DNA of 64,000 nt from an uncultured Mediterraneibacter sp. (GTDB taxonomy: Bacteria; Bacillota; Clostridia; Lachnospirales; Lachnospiraceae), in NCBI GenBank assembly GCA_944377805.1, contig CALWFZ010000005.1:50697-114696 (forward strand), written 5' to 3'. Below, in pieces: positions 37,754 to 46,793 of the stretch (position 1 is its first letter; each line of letters begins with the position of its first letter). The position numbers and the translations under genes were made by a program. The notes beneath the pieces were generated by a model. It searched no databases and was not told the origin of the DNA. It saw only the letters and a list, made by a program, of their open reading frames with translations.

Positions 37754-39238
37754 ATGCCGGTATTTGACTTTAATAATTCATCTGAGAGCGGGAAAGAGCC
37801 CGAATGTACTTACAGAATATTTTATTCCAACGAGTCTGTGGCATCGCCGGAGCACCCTATCCTCGTGCTGGACAACAGCAGCGGGGAACTGAAGCACCAT
37901 TCAGGCGGCGTGTTTACGAATCCGGTCAGGCGGACGGCGTTTGAATTCAAGAGTGGAGAGGGAACAGTAAGCGCGGATATCCTGCGAATAGACGCCCGAT
38001 TTGTCAGCCTGCTGAAGTGGCTGGGAGAGAATCATATCAATGTACGCCTTTCCGGAGCGGCGGGCCCGGATGGGTATGCCGTATATAAGATCAGGGAAAT
38101 TGCGTTTGGCGGCGGAGTGAAGCTGTCTGCCGAGGATGGATTTCTTCAGTTCATGATCGAGCGCCTTCTATCAAGCGACGCTCCGCCTGAGGAAGCTCCG
38201 GATGAAGATGAGGAGGAGGCAGGAGACAGTATGAAGCTGACCAGCATCCAGAGCATTACAGACTTTATCACCTGTGCCGGAAGGACGCTTCCTGATAATA
38301 TCCGTCTCTGGGCCAGGAGGAATCTGGCAGTAGCCTGTTCCCACGAGGTGTCTGCCGAGGAGCGCCGACATGCTCAGAGAGCCCTTTCTATTATGATGAA
38401 TATTCAGTGGAAGGGGAATTACTTTGAAGCGATCGATCCCGATGAAGCCCGGCGTATTCTTGACGAGGAACTCTATGGCATGGAGCAGGTCAAACAGAGA
38501 ATCATTGAGACGATTATCCAGATCAACCGGACTCATACATTGCCGGCGTACGGCCTTCTTTTGATCGGCCCTGCCGGAACCGGAAAGTCTCAGATCGCAT
38601 ATGCTGTAGCGCGTATTCTGAAACTGCCGTGGACGACGCTTGACATGAGCTCTATCAACGATCCGGAGCAGCTGACCGGAAGTTCCAGAATCTATGCCAA
38701 TGCCAAGCCGGGGATTATCATGGACGCCTTTTCTATGGCAGGAGAGTCGAATCTGGTCTTTATCATCAATGAGCTGGACAAGGCCGCCGCGGGTAAAGGA
38801 AACGGAAATCCGGCGGATGTCCTTCTGACGCTGCTTGACAATCTTGGCTTTACCGACAATTATATTGAGTGTATGATTCCGACGTCGGGAGTATATCCCA
38901 TTGCCACAGCTAATGAAAAAGATCAGATTAGCGCACCCCTTATGTCCAGGTTCGCTGTGATCGAGATACCGGACTACACGCCGGAGGAGAAGAAAGTGAT
39001 ATTTGAGCGGTATGCTCTCCCGAAAGTACTCAAAAGGATCGGTATGCGTAAGGATGAGTGTATCCTGACTCCCGACGGGCTTGACGCGGTCATTGAACTG
39101 CACCGGAATACAAGCGGTATCCGAGACCTGGAGCAGGCCGCGGAACATCTGGCTGCTAATGCACTGTACCGGATCGAAGTAGATCATGTGGATTCGGCGT
39201 CCTTTGACGCTGAAATGGTAAGAGCGCTCCTTTCCTGA
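37754..39238 (+). CDS. Lon-derived AAA+ ATPase lacking the LON N-domain and the S16 protease domain
   Basis: It aligns by eye with the AAA+ module of the adjacent lon. It reads EELYGMEQVKQRI...LLLIGPAGTGKSQIAYAVAR...VFIINELDK...IATAN...PLMSRFAVIEIPDYT...GIRDLE and ends right after the alpha-helical lid. RBS is CAGGGAGG. Confidence 0.75.
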   Translation: MPVFDFNNSSESGKEPECTYRIFYSNESVASPEHPILVLDNSSGELKHHSGGVFTNPVRRTAFEFKSGEGTVSADILRIDARFVSLLKWLGENHINVRLSGAAGPDGYAVYKIREIAFGGGVKLSAEDGFLQFMIERLLSSDAPPEEAPDEDEEEAGDSMKLTSIQSITDFITCAGRTLPDNIRLWARRNLAVACSHEVSAEERRHAQRALSIMMNIQWKGNYFEAIDPDEARRILDEELYGMEQVKQRIIETIIQINRTHTLPAYGLLLIGPAGTGKSQIAYAVARILKLPWTTLDMSSINDPEQLTGSSRIYANAKPGIIMDAFSMAGESNLVFIINELDKAAAGKGNGNPADVLLTLLDNLGFTDNYIECMIPTSGVYPIATANEKDQISAPLMSRFAVIEIPDYTPEEKKVIFERYALPKVLKRIGMRKDECILTPDGLDAVIELHRNTSGIRDLEQAAEHLAANALYRIEVDHVDSASFDAEMVRALLS

Positions 39239-39253
39239 GGGAGCGCTCCTTTT
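39222..39253 (+). terminator. Rho-independent terminator after the Lon-like AAA+ gene
   Basis: GAGCGCTCC / GGAGCGCTC perfect 9-bp stem with the stop codon in the loop, then CTTTT. Confidence 0.75.
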
Positions 39254-39283
39254 GTGATGGCGACGAGCCAAAGCCCGGACTTA
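39254..39283 (+). repeat. Terminator-adjacent dispersed repeat, copy 3 (5' 30 nt only)
   Basis: GTGATGGCGACGAGCCAAAGCCCGGACTTA matches the first 30 nt of copies 1 and 2. It abuts the 3' end of lon. Confidence 0.65.
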
Positions 39284-41557
39284 CACTTTCAATACTGCCT
39301 TTAATACTTCTGTTACTTTTTTCACCGGGATGATTTTCAGTTTTTCTTTTACTTCATCAGCAACATCATCCAGGTCGTCAACATTATCTGCGGGAATGAA
39401 TACTCTTTTTATGCCTGATCTCTGGGCGGCCATCAACTTTTCGGAAAGCCCGCCGATGGGCATGATTCCGCCCCGCAGGGATACTTCTCCTGTCATGGCG
39501 ACATCGGTGTCAGCCGCTTTGCCCGTGACGAGTGAGGCGAGCGCTGTTGTCAGAGTGATCCCCGCGGACGGGCCGTCTTTTGGCACGGCTCCGGCCGGCA
39601 CATGGATGTGCAGATCGTGGTCTTCCAGTACTTTACACTCCTTTGGATAGAGGGATTTGACCAGACTCAGGGCGATCTGTACTGATTCTTTCATGACATC
39701 GCCCAACTGTCCGGTAATCAGCAGCCTTCCCTTTCCCTCTGTCAGTTTTGTCTCGATAAAGAGGATGGCGCCTCCGGACCGCGTCCACGCAAGTCCGGTC
39801 GCTACTCCCGGGATTCTGGAGGAGAGTTTCTGCTCGGAGCGGATCTGCTTTCTGCCCAGATAATCGGAGAGGCTGCTCCTTGTGACAGAGATATTCTTCG
39901 GTTCGGAAGAGCTGTTCTTTACCAGTTCCACCGCGGCGGATCTGCAGATCGTCTCGATGCATTTCTTCAGATCCCGGACGCCGGATTCCATCGTGTATTC
40001 GTCAATAATCTGTCTTAGCGCCCCGTCTGTGATCTTCAGCATACTTTTGCCGATTCCCATAGTATCCAGGGCTTTTGGTATGAGATGCTTTTTCGCGATG
40101 TGATACTTTTCCACCGCGGTATATCCGGGAAACGAGATGACCTCCATACGGTTTAACAGAGGTTCTGGTATTGTATCCGTCGTATTTGCGGTGCATACGA
40201 AAAGCACGTTGGACAGATCATAGGGTACATTCATATAATGGTCCGTAAATGTGCTGTTCTGTTCCGGATCGAGTACTTCAAGCAGCGCGCTGGCAGGATC
40301 ACCGCCGTAATCTTTCGCCAGTTTATCGACTTCATCGAGAACCATCACAGGGTTGGAGGCACCGCTTCTTTTCATGGCTTCCATGATTCTTCCAGGCATA
40401 GCGCCGATATAGGTTCTCCTGTGGCCCCGTATCTCGGCCTCATCACGGACGCCTCCCAGGCTGATGCGGACATATTCACGGCCGAGCGCCCGGGCGATAC
40501 TCTGACCAATACTGGTCTTACCGGTACCGGGAGCCCCGACGAACAGGAGGATGGAGCCGTACTGTTTTTTATTCAGCGCCATAACCGCAAGCTGCTGGAT
40601 AATGCGCTCTTTTACCTTCTTAAGCCCATAGTGGTCTTCGTTGAGGATTTTTTCCGCCTGCTCCAGATCAATTGGAGTAAAACCGGGAGACTTCCACGAC
40701 AGACTGGTGACAAAGTCGAGATAATCATAGAGAAGTCCGTATTCATGACTCTCTTTTCCCTCTTGCCGCATCCGGTTCAGCACTTTTTCCGCCTCTCTGC
40801 GGGCTTCTTTGTTCATACCGGACTCTTTGATTTTTTTCTCAAACTTCCGTACATCAGAGATGTTTTCCGGATGCATGTCGTCGAGTTCTCTCTGGAGATA
40901 GTCGATCTGCTTTTTCAGAGCGGCTTCCCGGTAGAGCTGCTCCTGATCTCCTTTCTGCGCCTCCTGTGCTTCTGAAGAGACTTTTGCGATCTCCATAAAC
41001 TCTTTGATAGCTTTGCTGATCAGTCCGTATCTGAGACGGATGGAATCGGCAGCCAGGATCTGATACTTCTCATCTGCCGTAAGATTGAGATATTCCGACA
41101 GCGCAGAAGCCATATCATTGAGATCTTTTCTCTGAAGGATATATCCCCGTGCCCAGAGCCCCCACTGGTATCCCTGGACAAATCTGAGAAGGGCGGAGCG
41201 AAGCTCGGAAAAAGAAGCCTGCTGCTCTTCGTCTGAGAGATCCTCGACGGAAGGACGCACTGTAAAAGAAGCGTGTACCTCGTTGTTTTCCACTGCCGGA
41301 TTTGAAATCTCAACGCGGTCAATGGTGCGGATCTGTACCACATCCTCCTCGCTGATACTCTCGATCTTAGCTGAAAGTCCGATGGGATAGAAGTCGTCTG
41401 CCTGATATTGACTGCCTTCAGTCTCGTTTTTCAGCATAATAAACAGAAGTTCAGCATCTGATTCAAGACAGTCCGCTCTCTCAGCGAAAAAGTCTTTTTT
41501 AAAGTAGTAAGTAACATCGGGTAAGAGAAGTATATTATAAATAGGTTGTATCAACAT
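39281..41557 (-). CDS. lon: ATP-dependent Lon protease (LonA type)
   Basis: LON N-domain, Walker A GAPGTGKTS, Walker B VMVLDEVDK, and the S16 domain with PKDGPSAGITLTTALAS and the catalytic Lys region. Confidence 0.95.
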   Translation of the reverse strand: MLIQPIYNILLLPDVTYYFKKDFFAERADCLESDAELLFIMLKNETEGSQYQADDFYPIGLSAKIESISEEDVVQIRTIDRVEISNPAVENNEVHASFTVRPSVEDLSDEEQQASFSELRSALLRFVQGYQWGLWARGYILQRKDLNDMASALSEYLNLTADEKYQILAADSIRLRYGLISKAIKEFMEIAKVSSEAQEAQKGDQEQLYREAALKKQIDYLQRELDDMHPENISDVRKFEKKIKESGMNKEARREAEKVLNRMRQEGKESHEYGLLYDYLDFVTSLSWKSPGFTPIDLEQAEKILNEDHYGLKKVKERIIQQLAVMALNKKQYGSILLFVGAPGTGKTSIGQSIARALGREYVRISLGGVRDEAEIRGHRRTYIGAMPGRIMEAMKRSGASNPVMVLDEVDKLAKDYGGDPASALLEVLDPEQNSTFTDHYMNVPYDLSNVLFVCTANTTDTIPEPLLNRMEVISFPGYTAVEKYHIAKKHLIPKALDTMGIGKSMLKITDGALRQIIDEYTMESGVRDLKKCIETICRSAAVELVKNSSSEPKNISVTRSSLSDYLGRKQIRSEQKLSSRIPGVATGLAWTRSGGAILFIETKLTEGKGRLLITGQLGDVMKESVQIALSLVKSLYPKECKVLEDHDLHIHVPAGAVPKDGPSAGITLTTALASLVTGKAADTDVAMTGEVSLRGGIMPIGGLSEKLMAAQRSGIKRVFIPADNVDDLDDVADEVKEKLKIIPVKKVTEVLKAVLKV

Positions 41558-41578
41558 AAATGGCCTCCTTAAACACTG

Positions 41579-41605
41579 TTAGCACTCTTGGTCATGGAGT
41601 GCTAA
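41579..41605 (-). promoter_or_regulatory. CIRCE operator (HrcA binding site) in the lon leader
   Basis: TTAGCACTC-N9-GAGTGCTAA, a perfect match to the consensus. It lies 21 nt upstream of the lon start codon and downstream of a minus-strand TATAAT (41609-41614). Confidence 0.85.
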
Positions 41606-41728
41606 TCCATTATAAGAGAAAATTAGCACAAAACAGGGATAATGTCAATATGGCGTTCCTTCCTTTTCTGACGATGTGGTATAATGGCTGGGAAAGCAGT
41701 CTGTTTATTTTATGATAGAGGTGAATGT

Positions 41729-42382
41729 ATGGATTATCTGGCTTTATCCCGGACGCCGCTTTTCAGTGGAACAGCGCCCGAAGAGATAGAAAGTATGCTT
41801 CAGTGCCTGAGGGCTGAGGTGAGAGCATATAAAAAGGAAGAAAGAATACTGAGCATGGGAGATACTGTGTCGGAGATTGGCATCGTTCTTTCGGGAAGCG
41901 TGCGGATCGAGAATAATGATATATGGGGAAATCGAAGTTTGCTGGACCGGGCGGGAGCAGGACAGATCTTCGCCGAGACGTACGCGTGTGTTCCGGGGGA
42001 GAAACTGATGGTTGATGTGGTTGCGGCGGAAGATACCCGCATTCTGCTTCTCAATGTGGGGCGGCTGATCACAACATGTCCGAACACCTGCGCATATCAC
42101 GAGAAGCTGATCCGCAATCTGCTGACAGTTTCGGCTCAGAAAAACCTGCATCTTTCCCGCAGAATTTTTCACAACTCGCCCAAATCAATCCGGGGAAAGC
42201 TGCTCTCCTATCTGTCCGACCAGGCGGTGAGATGTGGAAAGAAAGAGTTTGACATTCCGTTTAACCGTCAGGAACTGGCTGATTATCTCGGAGTGGACCG
42301 GTCCGCCATGTCAAATGAACTTGGAAAAATGCAAAAAGAAGGGCTGCTTCTTGTAAGACGCAGCCACTTCCGTTTACTATAG
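41729..42382 (+). CDS. Crp/Fnr-family transcriptional regulator
   Basis: cNMP-binding-like N-domain and a C-terminal HTH (RQELADYLGVDRSAMSNELGKMQKEG). An extended -10 TGGTATAAT lies at 41675-41683. Confidence 0.85.
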   Translation: MDYLALSRTPLFSGTAPEEIESMLQCLRAEVRAYKKEERILSMGDTVSEIGIVLSGSVRIENNDIWGNRSLLDRAGAGQIFAETYACVPGEKLMVDVVAAEDTRILLLNVGRLITTCPNTCAYHEKLIRNLLTVSAQKNLHLSRRIFHNSPKSIRGKLLSYLSDQAVRCGKKEFDIPFNRQELADYLGVDRSAMSNELGKMQKEGLLLVRRSHFRLL

Positions 42383-42402
42383 GAGATTGTAAGAATGGAT
42401 CT

Positions 42403-42735
42403 TTACAGTATAAATATTTTCAGCATGCAGGCAATGATCGAGATTGTTACAAGGATGTATGCCGCCATGCGCTGCGATTTGGATTTTGCACGGACATGGA
42501 TAATCAGTCCGACCACGCTTAAGAATCCAAGACCCCACGCAATCATTCTGGAAAGTGTGTAATTACTTGGAAGAGTTATCGCGTTTAAGACAGAGATTGC
42601 CATTCCCCATACGGACATGCAGTAGAATGCGACTGCCTTTGCGCGTTCGTTTTTCAGCAGGTACATGAGCAGAAGCCCCAGTATGCTGATTACACTCATT
42701 CCTATAAATGCGATTAATATAATTCCTAATGCCAT
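42403..42735 (-). CDS. Small integral membrane protein (110 aa, about 4 TM)
   Basis: Entirely hydrophobic ORF immediately downstream of the histidine kinase gene. Confidence 0.55.
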   Translation of the reverse strand: MALGIILIAFIGMSVISILGLLLMYLLKNERAKAVAFYCMSVWGMAISVLNAITLPSNYTLSRMIAWGLGFLSVVGLIIHVRAKSKSQRMAAYILVTISIIACMLKIFIL

Positions 42736-42795
42736 TTTATTTTCCTCCTCTGTTTGACTTTACATGTAGAAGTCTAACAGGATGTCCTGAAGAAG

Positions 42796-43878
42796 TTATG
42801 TAGATGATTCTGAAGAATTCTGAAGACAGGTCGGAATGTAGAGGGAGATCCTGATTTCAAATGTATCGTCCGAATCGAATATATCTACGCTGCCTTCGTA
42901 TAATGCCGCGATCTGACGGATATTGTCCACCCCGATCTTATGGCTCTCGGGAGGCGCGGCGTAATCCCCCTCAGAGCGTGTCTTATTTTTCTGTATCAGA
43001 AGGAGCCTGCGCTCCGATGACTCAACAGTCAGAGTTACCGGGGAGTCATAGGAGGCGTATTTCTCTGTGTTTGAAGCCAGATTATCTATGATCCGTCTCA
43101 GCGAGTAGATGTCCGCGTACCCGTCAAAGCGGCTTAACCGGGTAAGATCAACGGAGCAGGAAAAATGATCTTCCAGAATCTCAGCCCATTCCTGGGATAA
43201 CTGTTCAAACAGAAAATGCAAATCCTCCACATACTCCCGGCTTTCTGTCCGCCTCTGCGTGAGCTGGGAAGCCAGTGTCCGGATCTGCTGGCATTTGGCG
43301 TACACCAGTTCAATATAGGCTCTGATATGTTCGCTGTCGAGAGTATCTTTATCCAGCAAGTACTCTGAGTAGGAGAGCATAGAGGTAAGCGGCGTGCGTA
43401 TATCATGCGACAGGGAGCGTATCCATGCCTCCCGCTCGCTTTTGAGTGTTTCTTCATCTCTGTGCAGCTCCCGCTGGGAAGCAGCCAGATAGTTAATACT
43501 GTCAGCGAGCAGCGTCAGCTCGTCATTTCCGTCCAGCGGAATATTGTAATCCATCCTGTTCTCATGAAGTTTCTCGATTCCCTTTGTGATGGTGAGAAGG
43601 TAAGAGAGTCTTTGTCCGAGCATAAAGAGAAAGAGAACAATAAATATAAGGATAGACGCAATCGCGCATATACTCCGAAGCCACAGCCGGAAAGTGATGT
43701 CCTGCATCTCCGTCAGAACAATTTCCTGTCTGAGCAGATAAGAGTCGCCGATGGACTCACATGTCGTATACAGAAAGAGAAACGTAAAACCGGCGACTAC
43801 TATAGAGAGAAAAAGATATTCAAGAATTACATGGGACAGTTTGCGGACTGTCTGTTTTTTTTCTTTTTCAGTCTGCAT
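42796..43878 (-). CDS. Sensor histidine kinase
   Basis: Two TM segments, H-box SLSHDIRTPLTSM, and a C-terminal HATPase region. The start was set at MQTEKEKK (overlaps the RR stop by 11 nt). Confidence 0.85.
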   Translation of the reverse strand: MQTEKEKKQTVRKLSHVILEYLFLSIVVAGFTFLFLYTTCESIGDSYLLRQEIVLTEMQDITFRLWLRSICAIASILIFIVLFLFMLGQRLSYLLTITKGIEKLHENRMDYNIPLDGNDELTLLADSINYLAASQRELHRDEETLKSEREAWIRSLSHDIRTPLTSMLSYSEYLLDKDTLDSEHIRAYIELVYAKCQQIRTLASQLTQRRTESREYVEDLHFLFEQLSQEWAEILEDHFSCSVDLTRLSRFDGYADIYSLRRIIDNLASNTEKYASYDSPVTLTVESSERRLLLIQKNKTRSEGDYAAPPESHKIGVDNIRQIAALYEGSVDIFDSDDTFEIRISLYIPTCLQNSSESST

Positions 43879-44578
43879 AATACCCCTTTCCCCAGGCGGT
43901 TTTGATATATTGAGGGTTCCTGGAATCATCCCCGAGTTTTTTGCGGAGATTTTTGATATGTACCATGATCGTGCTGTCACCGACGGCGTCCTCTTCCCAG
44001 ATACTCTCATATATATTATCTATAGAGAAGATTTTCTTCCTGTGAGTCAGAAAGAGCTCGAGAATTCGGTACTCCGTATAAGTCAGAATAACGGGCTGCC
44101 CATCCCGGACTACGGTCTGGCTGTCTGGATCAAGGATCAGATCTTTATAGGAGATCTTTGAGGAGGCGGGCCCGTCCCCGGTATGAGCCGCGCCCCCCGT
44201 ATTGTATTCACGGGTGCGGCGAAGATGAGCTTTCACTCTGAGCAACAGCTCTGTATTGGAAAAAGGCTTTACAATATAGTCGTCCGCCCCGGCGGAAAAA
44301 CCCATAGTCTTGTCGGACTCTCCGGAATAGGCGGTGAGGAATATGATCGGAGCGTAGGAATGTTTCCTGATCTCGGCCCCCGCCGCAAAACCTGAAATAC
44401 GCGGCATATTCACATCCAGAATATAGAGGCTGATACTCTCATCCGCAAAATCCAGCGCCTCCTGGCCGTCACATGCGGCAATCACCTCATATCCTTCTGC
44501 GGTGAGAAGCAGCGCGAGAATATCCCGGATCTCTTTATCGTCATCTGCGATTAAGATTTTTGTTTTTTCTATTTCCAT
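43868..44578 (-). CDS. OmpR-family response regulator
   Basis: The receiver domain reads KILIADDDKEIRDIL...LDVNMP. A winged-helix output domain is present, with an unusually long Gly/Ala-rich linker (TGGAAHTGDGPASS). Confidence 0.9.
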   Translation of the reverse strand: MEIEKTKILIADDDKEIRDILALLLTAEGYEVIAACDGQEALDFADESISLYILDVNMPRISGFAAGAEIRKHSYAPIIFLTAYSGESDKTMGFSAGADDYIVKPFSNTELLLRVKAHLRRTREYNTGGAAHTGDGPASSKISYKDLILDPDSQTVVRDGQPVILTYTEYRILELFLTHRKKIFSIDNIYESIWEEDAVGDSTIMVHIKNLRKKLGDDSRNPQYIKTAWGKGYYAD

Positions 44579-44744
44579 AATCGGCACTTTCCCCCTCTGT
44601 AAAAGTATCATCAGTATAACACGGGGGCTCCCCTTTAGGCAATCACCTGAGAGGTGTAAAAGCGCATGATCAAAAAGTCTTGACTGATCTTCCAGATCTG
44701 TTATATAGTTAGGCGTAACGAACTAAATGACAGGGAGAACAGAA

Positions 44745-45647
44745 ATGGAAATAAAACAGTTGGAATATTTTGTCGCTGCCAGTGAAAAGGGAAGTTTTAA
44801 TAAAGCCGCGGAATGCCTGTATACATCTCAGCCGAATGTGAGCAAGGTGATCTCGGGACTTGAGAAGGAACTGGGGAGGGAACTTTTCGAGAGAAACAGT
44901 AAAGGAATACGGCTTACGCCTTTTGGCGAGACAATGAAGGAATATGCACAGAATATATTGAAAAACATTCTGATGATCAACAGTACCGTATCGATAACCC
45001 CGGGGGAAAAGCTGGCTGTTTCCACCTTCCCGGACAGTTTTACGGCAAAGATTCTCATAGACTTTTACGAAGAGACGTCGGGAAAATATAACATCGAACA
45101 TTTCCAGGGAACGGCGGAAGAGATTACGGACAATGTAATGAAGGGGCTGTCCGAGATCGGAATAGTGTTTATCGCGGAAAATCAAATTCACTCCTTCCAG
45201 CATATCCTCACGCACAAGAAACTTAAATTCTGCCCCTTTGACACAAAGGAGCTGTGTATCTACGCAGGCAGGAACAACCCGCTGTATGAACGAGACAGCG
45301 TCAGTTTTTCGGAACTTCCCGATTTAAAATTTATCAGCGGTGTGCGGGATTATTTTTCGATGGAACATCATCTGGAAACGGTCAGCCTTGGAATTATAAG
45401 GAGGGAGATGCTGAACAATGTTATATGTACCACGAGTGAGTATGTTGTGCTGAATGCCCTTGTAAACACAGATATTTGCAGTATGGGAGTTAATTTTTTT
45501 AGGGATCAGTACAGAGAATATGGTGTAAAAACACTGGCGATCGACGGGTGTGAGCCGTTTATCACAGTAGGGTATGTATCGGGGGAAAACCAGGAACTGA
45601 GCAGACCCGGCATGGAGTTTATAGAGAAGTTCAGACAGATGCTATAA
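44745..45647 (+). CDS. LysR-family transcriptional regulator
   Basis: N-terminal HTH MEIKQLEYFVAASEKGSFNKAAECLYTSQPNVSKVISGLE. Confidence 0.9.
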   Translation: MEIKQLEYFVAASEKGSFNKAAECLYTSQPNVSKVISGLEKELGRELFERNSKGIRLTPFGETMKEYAQNILKNILMINSTVSITPGEKLAVSTFPDSFTAKILIDFYEETSGKYNIEHFQGTAEEITDNVMKGLSEIGIVFIAENQIHSFQHILTHKKLKFCPFDTKELCIYAGRNNPLYERDSVSFSELPDLKFISGVRDYFSMEHHLETVSLGIIRREMLNNVICTTSEYVVLNALVNTDICSMGVNFFRDQYREYGVKTLAIDGCEPFITVGYVSGENQELSRPGMEFIEKFRQML

Positions 45648-45788
45648 CAAAAAACGCCAGCAAATACATTCCAAAATGATATTGGTTAGTTAAAACTAAT
45701 TTGTGCTATAATCTAACTCGCTGAACAAAACAGGAAAGGGGGATATAGCATTATAGGAAAGAAACTAACAATTATTCTTGCGGCTGTA

Positions 45789-46793
45789 TTGATCATTCTG
45801 TCTGTAGCATCACTTTTTGTAGGCGTGATTGACATGGATCTGTCGCTGCTGGCAAAAGGTGATATAGAGCAATGGGAGATCTTTTTGATTTCACGGCTTC
45901 CGAGGCTTCTCGCCATCCTCTGCACAGGAGTGGGAATGAGTACGGCGGGACTGATTATGCAGCAGCTGTGTATGAATAAATTCGTCTCACCGACAACAGG
46001 AGCTACCATATCATCCGCTCAGTTTGGAATACTTCTGGCTCTTTTGTTTATGCCGGGATCCACACTCTGGGGAAGAGCTGTGTTTGCGTTTGTGACAGCG
46101 ATTCTCGGAACATGGATCTTCGTGTGGTTTATTCAGAGAATTCAGTTTAAAGATGTTGTCATGGTTCCGCTGGTTGGTATTATGTTCGGCAATGTGATCG
46201 GCGGGATCACGAGTTACCTGGCTTACAAGTATGAGATGACCCAGGCGTTATCATCCTGGCTGGTAGGACATTTTTCCCTTGTGCTCAGAGGACGGTACGA
46301 GATCGTATATCTTGTAGTTCCGCTTGTAGTTCTTGCGTTTATCTTTGCCAACCACTTCAATATTGTAGGAATGGGCAAAGATTTTTCCAAAAACCTGGGC
46401 GTACCGTATAACCTTGTCTTATTTATGGGACTGACCATTGCGGCGATGATCACGGCTTCTGTCGTAGTGGTAGTAGGAGCGATCTCTTACATCGGACTGA
46501 TCGTGCCAAATATTGTGGCTATGTTCAAAGGAGACAAGATCAGGGGAACGCTGGTTGACACAGCCCTGTTCGGGGCAATCTTCGTGCTTGTGTGCGACAT
46601 GATCGGAAGGATTGTAATACAGCCATATGAGCTCCCGATTGAGCTGATTATCGGTATAGTCGGCAGCCTTCTATTTATCGGACTGCTCCTGTACCGGCTG
46701 AAGCACGGACGGAAAGCCGTTACGCTCAGAGGAGCTTCGGAATCAGGATGCGCCGGCAGCATCTCCGGCATAGACGGAGGTGACGGACAGTGA
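45789..46793 (+). CDS. Iron-siderophore ABC transporter permease (FecCD family, YclN-like)
   Basis: Polytopic FecCD-type sequence. The true start is probably upstream (ATT 45750 or ATA 45753 after AGGAAAGGGGG) because the frame is open from 45717 and encodes a plausible IIGKKLTIILAAV N-terminus. Confidence 0.8.
   Translation: MIILSVASLFVGVIDMDLSLLAKGDIEQWEIFLISRLPRLLAILCTGVGMSTAGLIMQQLCMNKFVSPTTGATISSAQFGILLALLFMPGSTLWGRAVFAFVTAILGTWIFVWFIQRIQFKDVVMVPLVGIMFGNVIGGITSYLAYKYEMTQALSSWLVGHFSLVLRGRYEIVYLVVPLVVLAFIFANHFNIVGMGKDFSKNLGVPYNLVLFMGLTIAAMITASVVVVVGAISYIGLIVPNIVAMFKGDKIRGTLVDTALFGAIFVLVCDMIGRIVIQPYELPIELIIGIVGSLLFIGLLLYRLKHGRKAVTLRGASESGCAGSISGIDGGDGQ

Noticed and set aside
38171-39271. 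366-aa ORF antisense to the Lon-like AAA+ gene
   Set aside because: The plus-strand frame has clear Walker A/B and Lon-lid motifs. The antisense frame has none.
40238-40975. 245-aa ORF antisense to lon
   Set aside because: This is a shadow ORF inside the lon AAA+ module.
45680-45712. TTAGT-N4-ACTAA inverted repeat near the siderophore operon promoter as a Fur box
   Set aside because: The arms are only 5 bp and there is no resemblance to the TGATAAT-N-ATTATCA Fur consensus. This is too weak to call.
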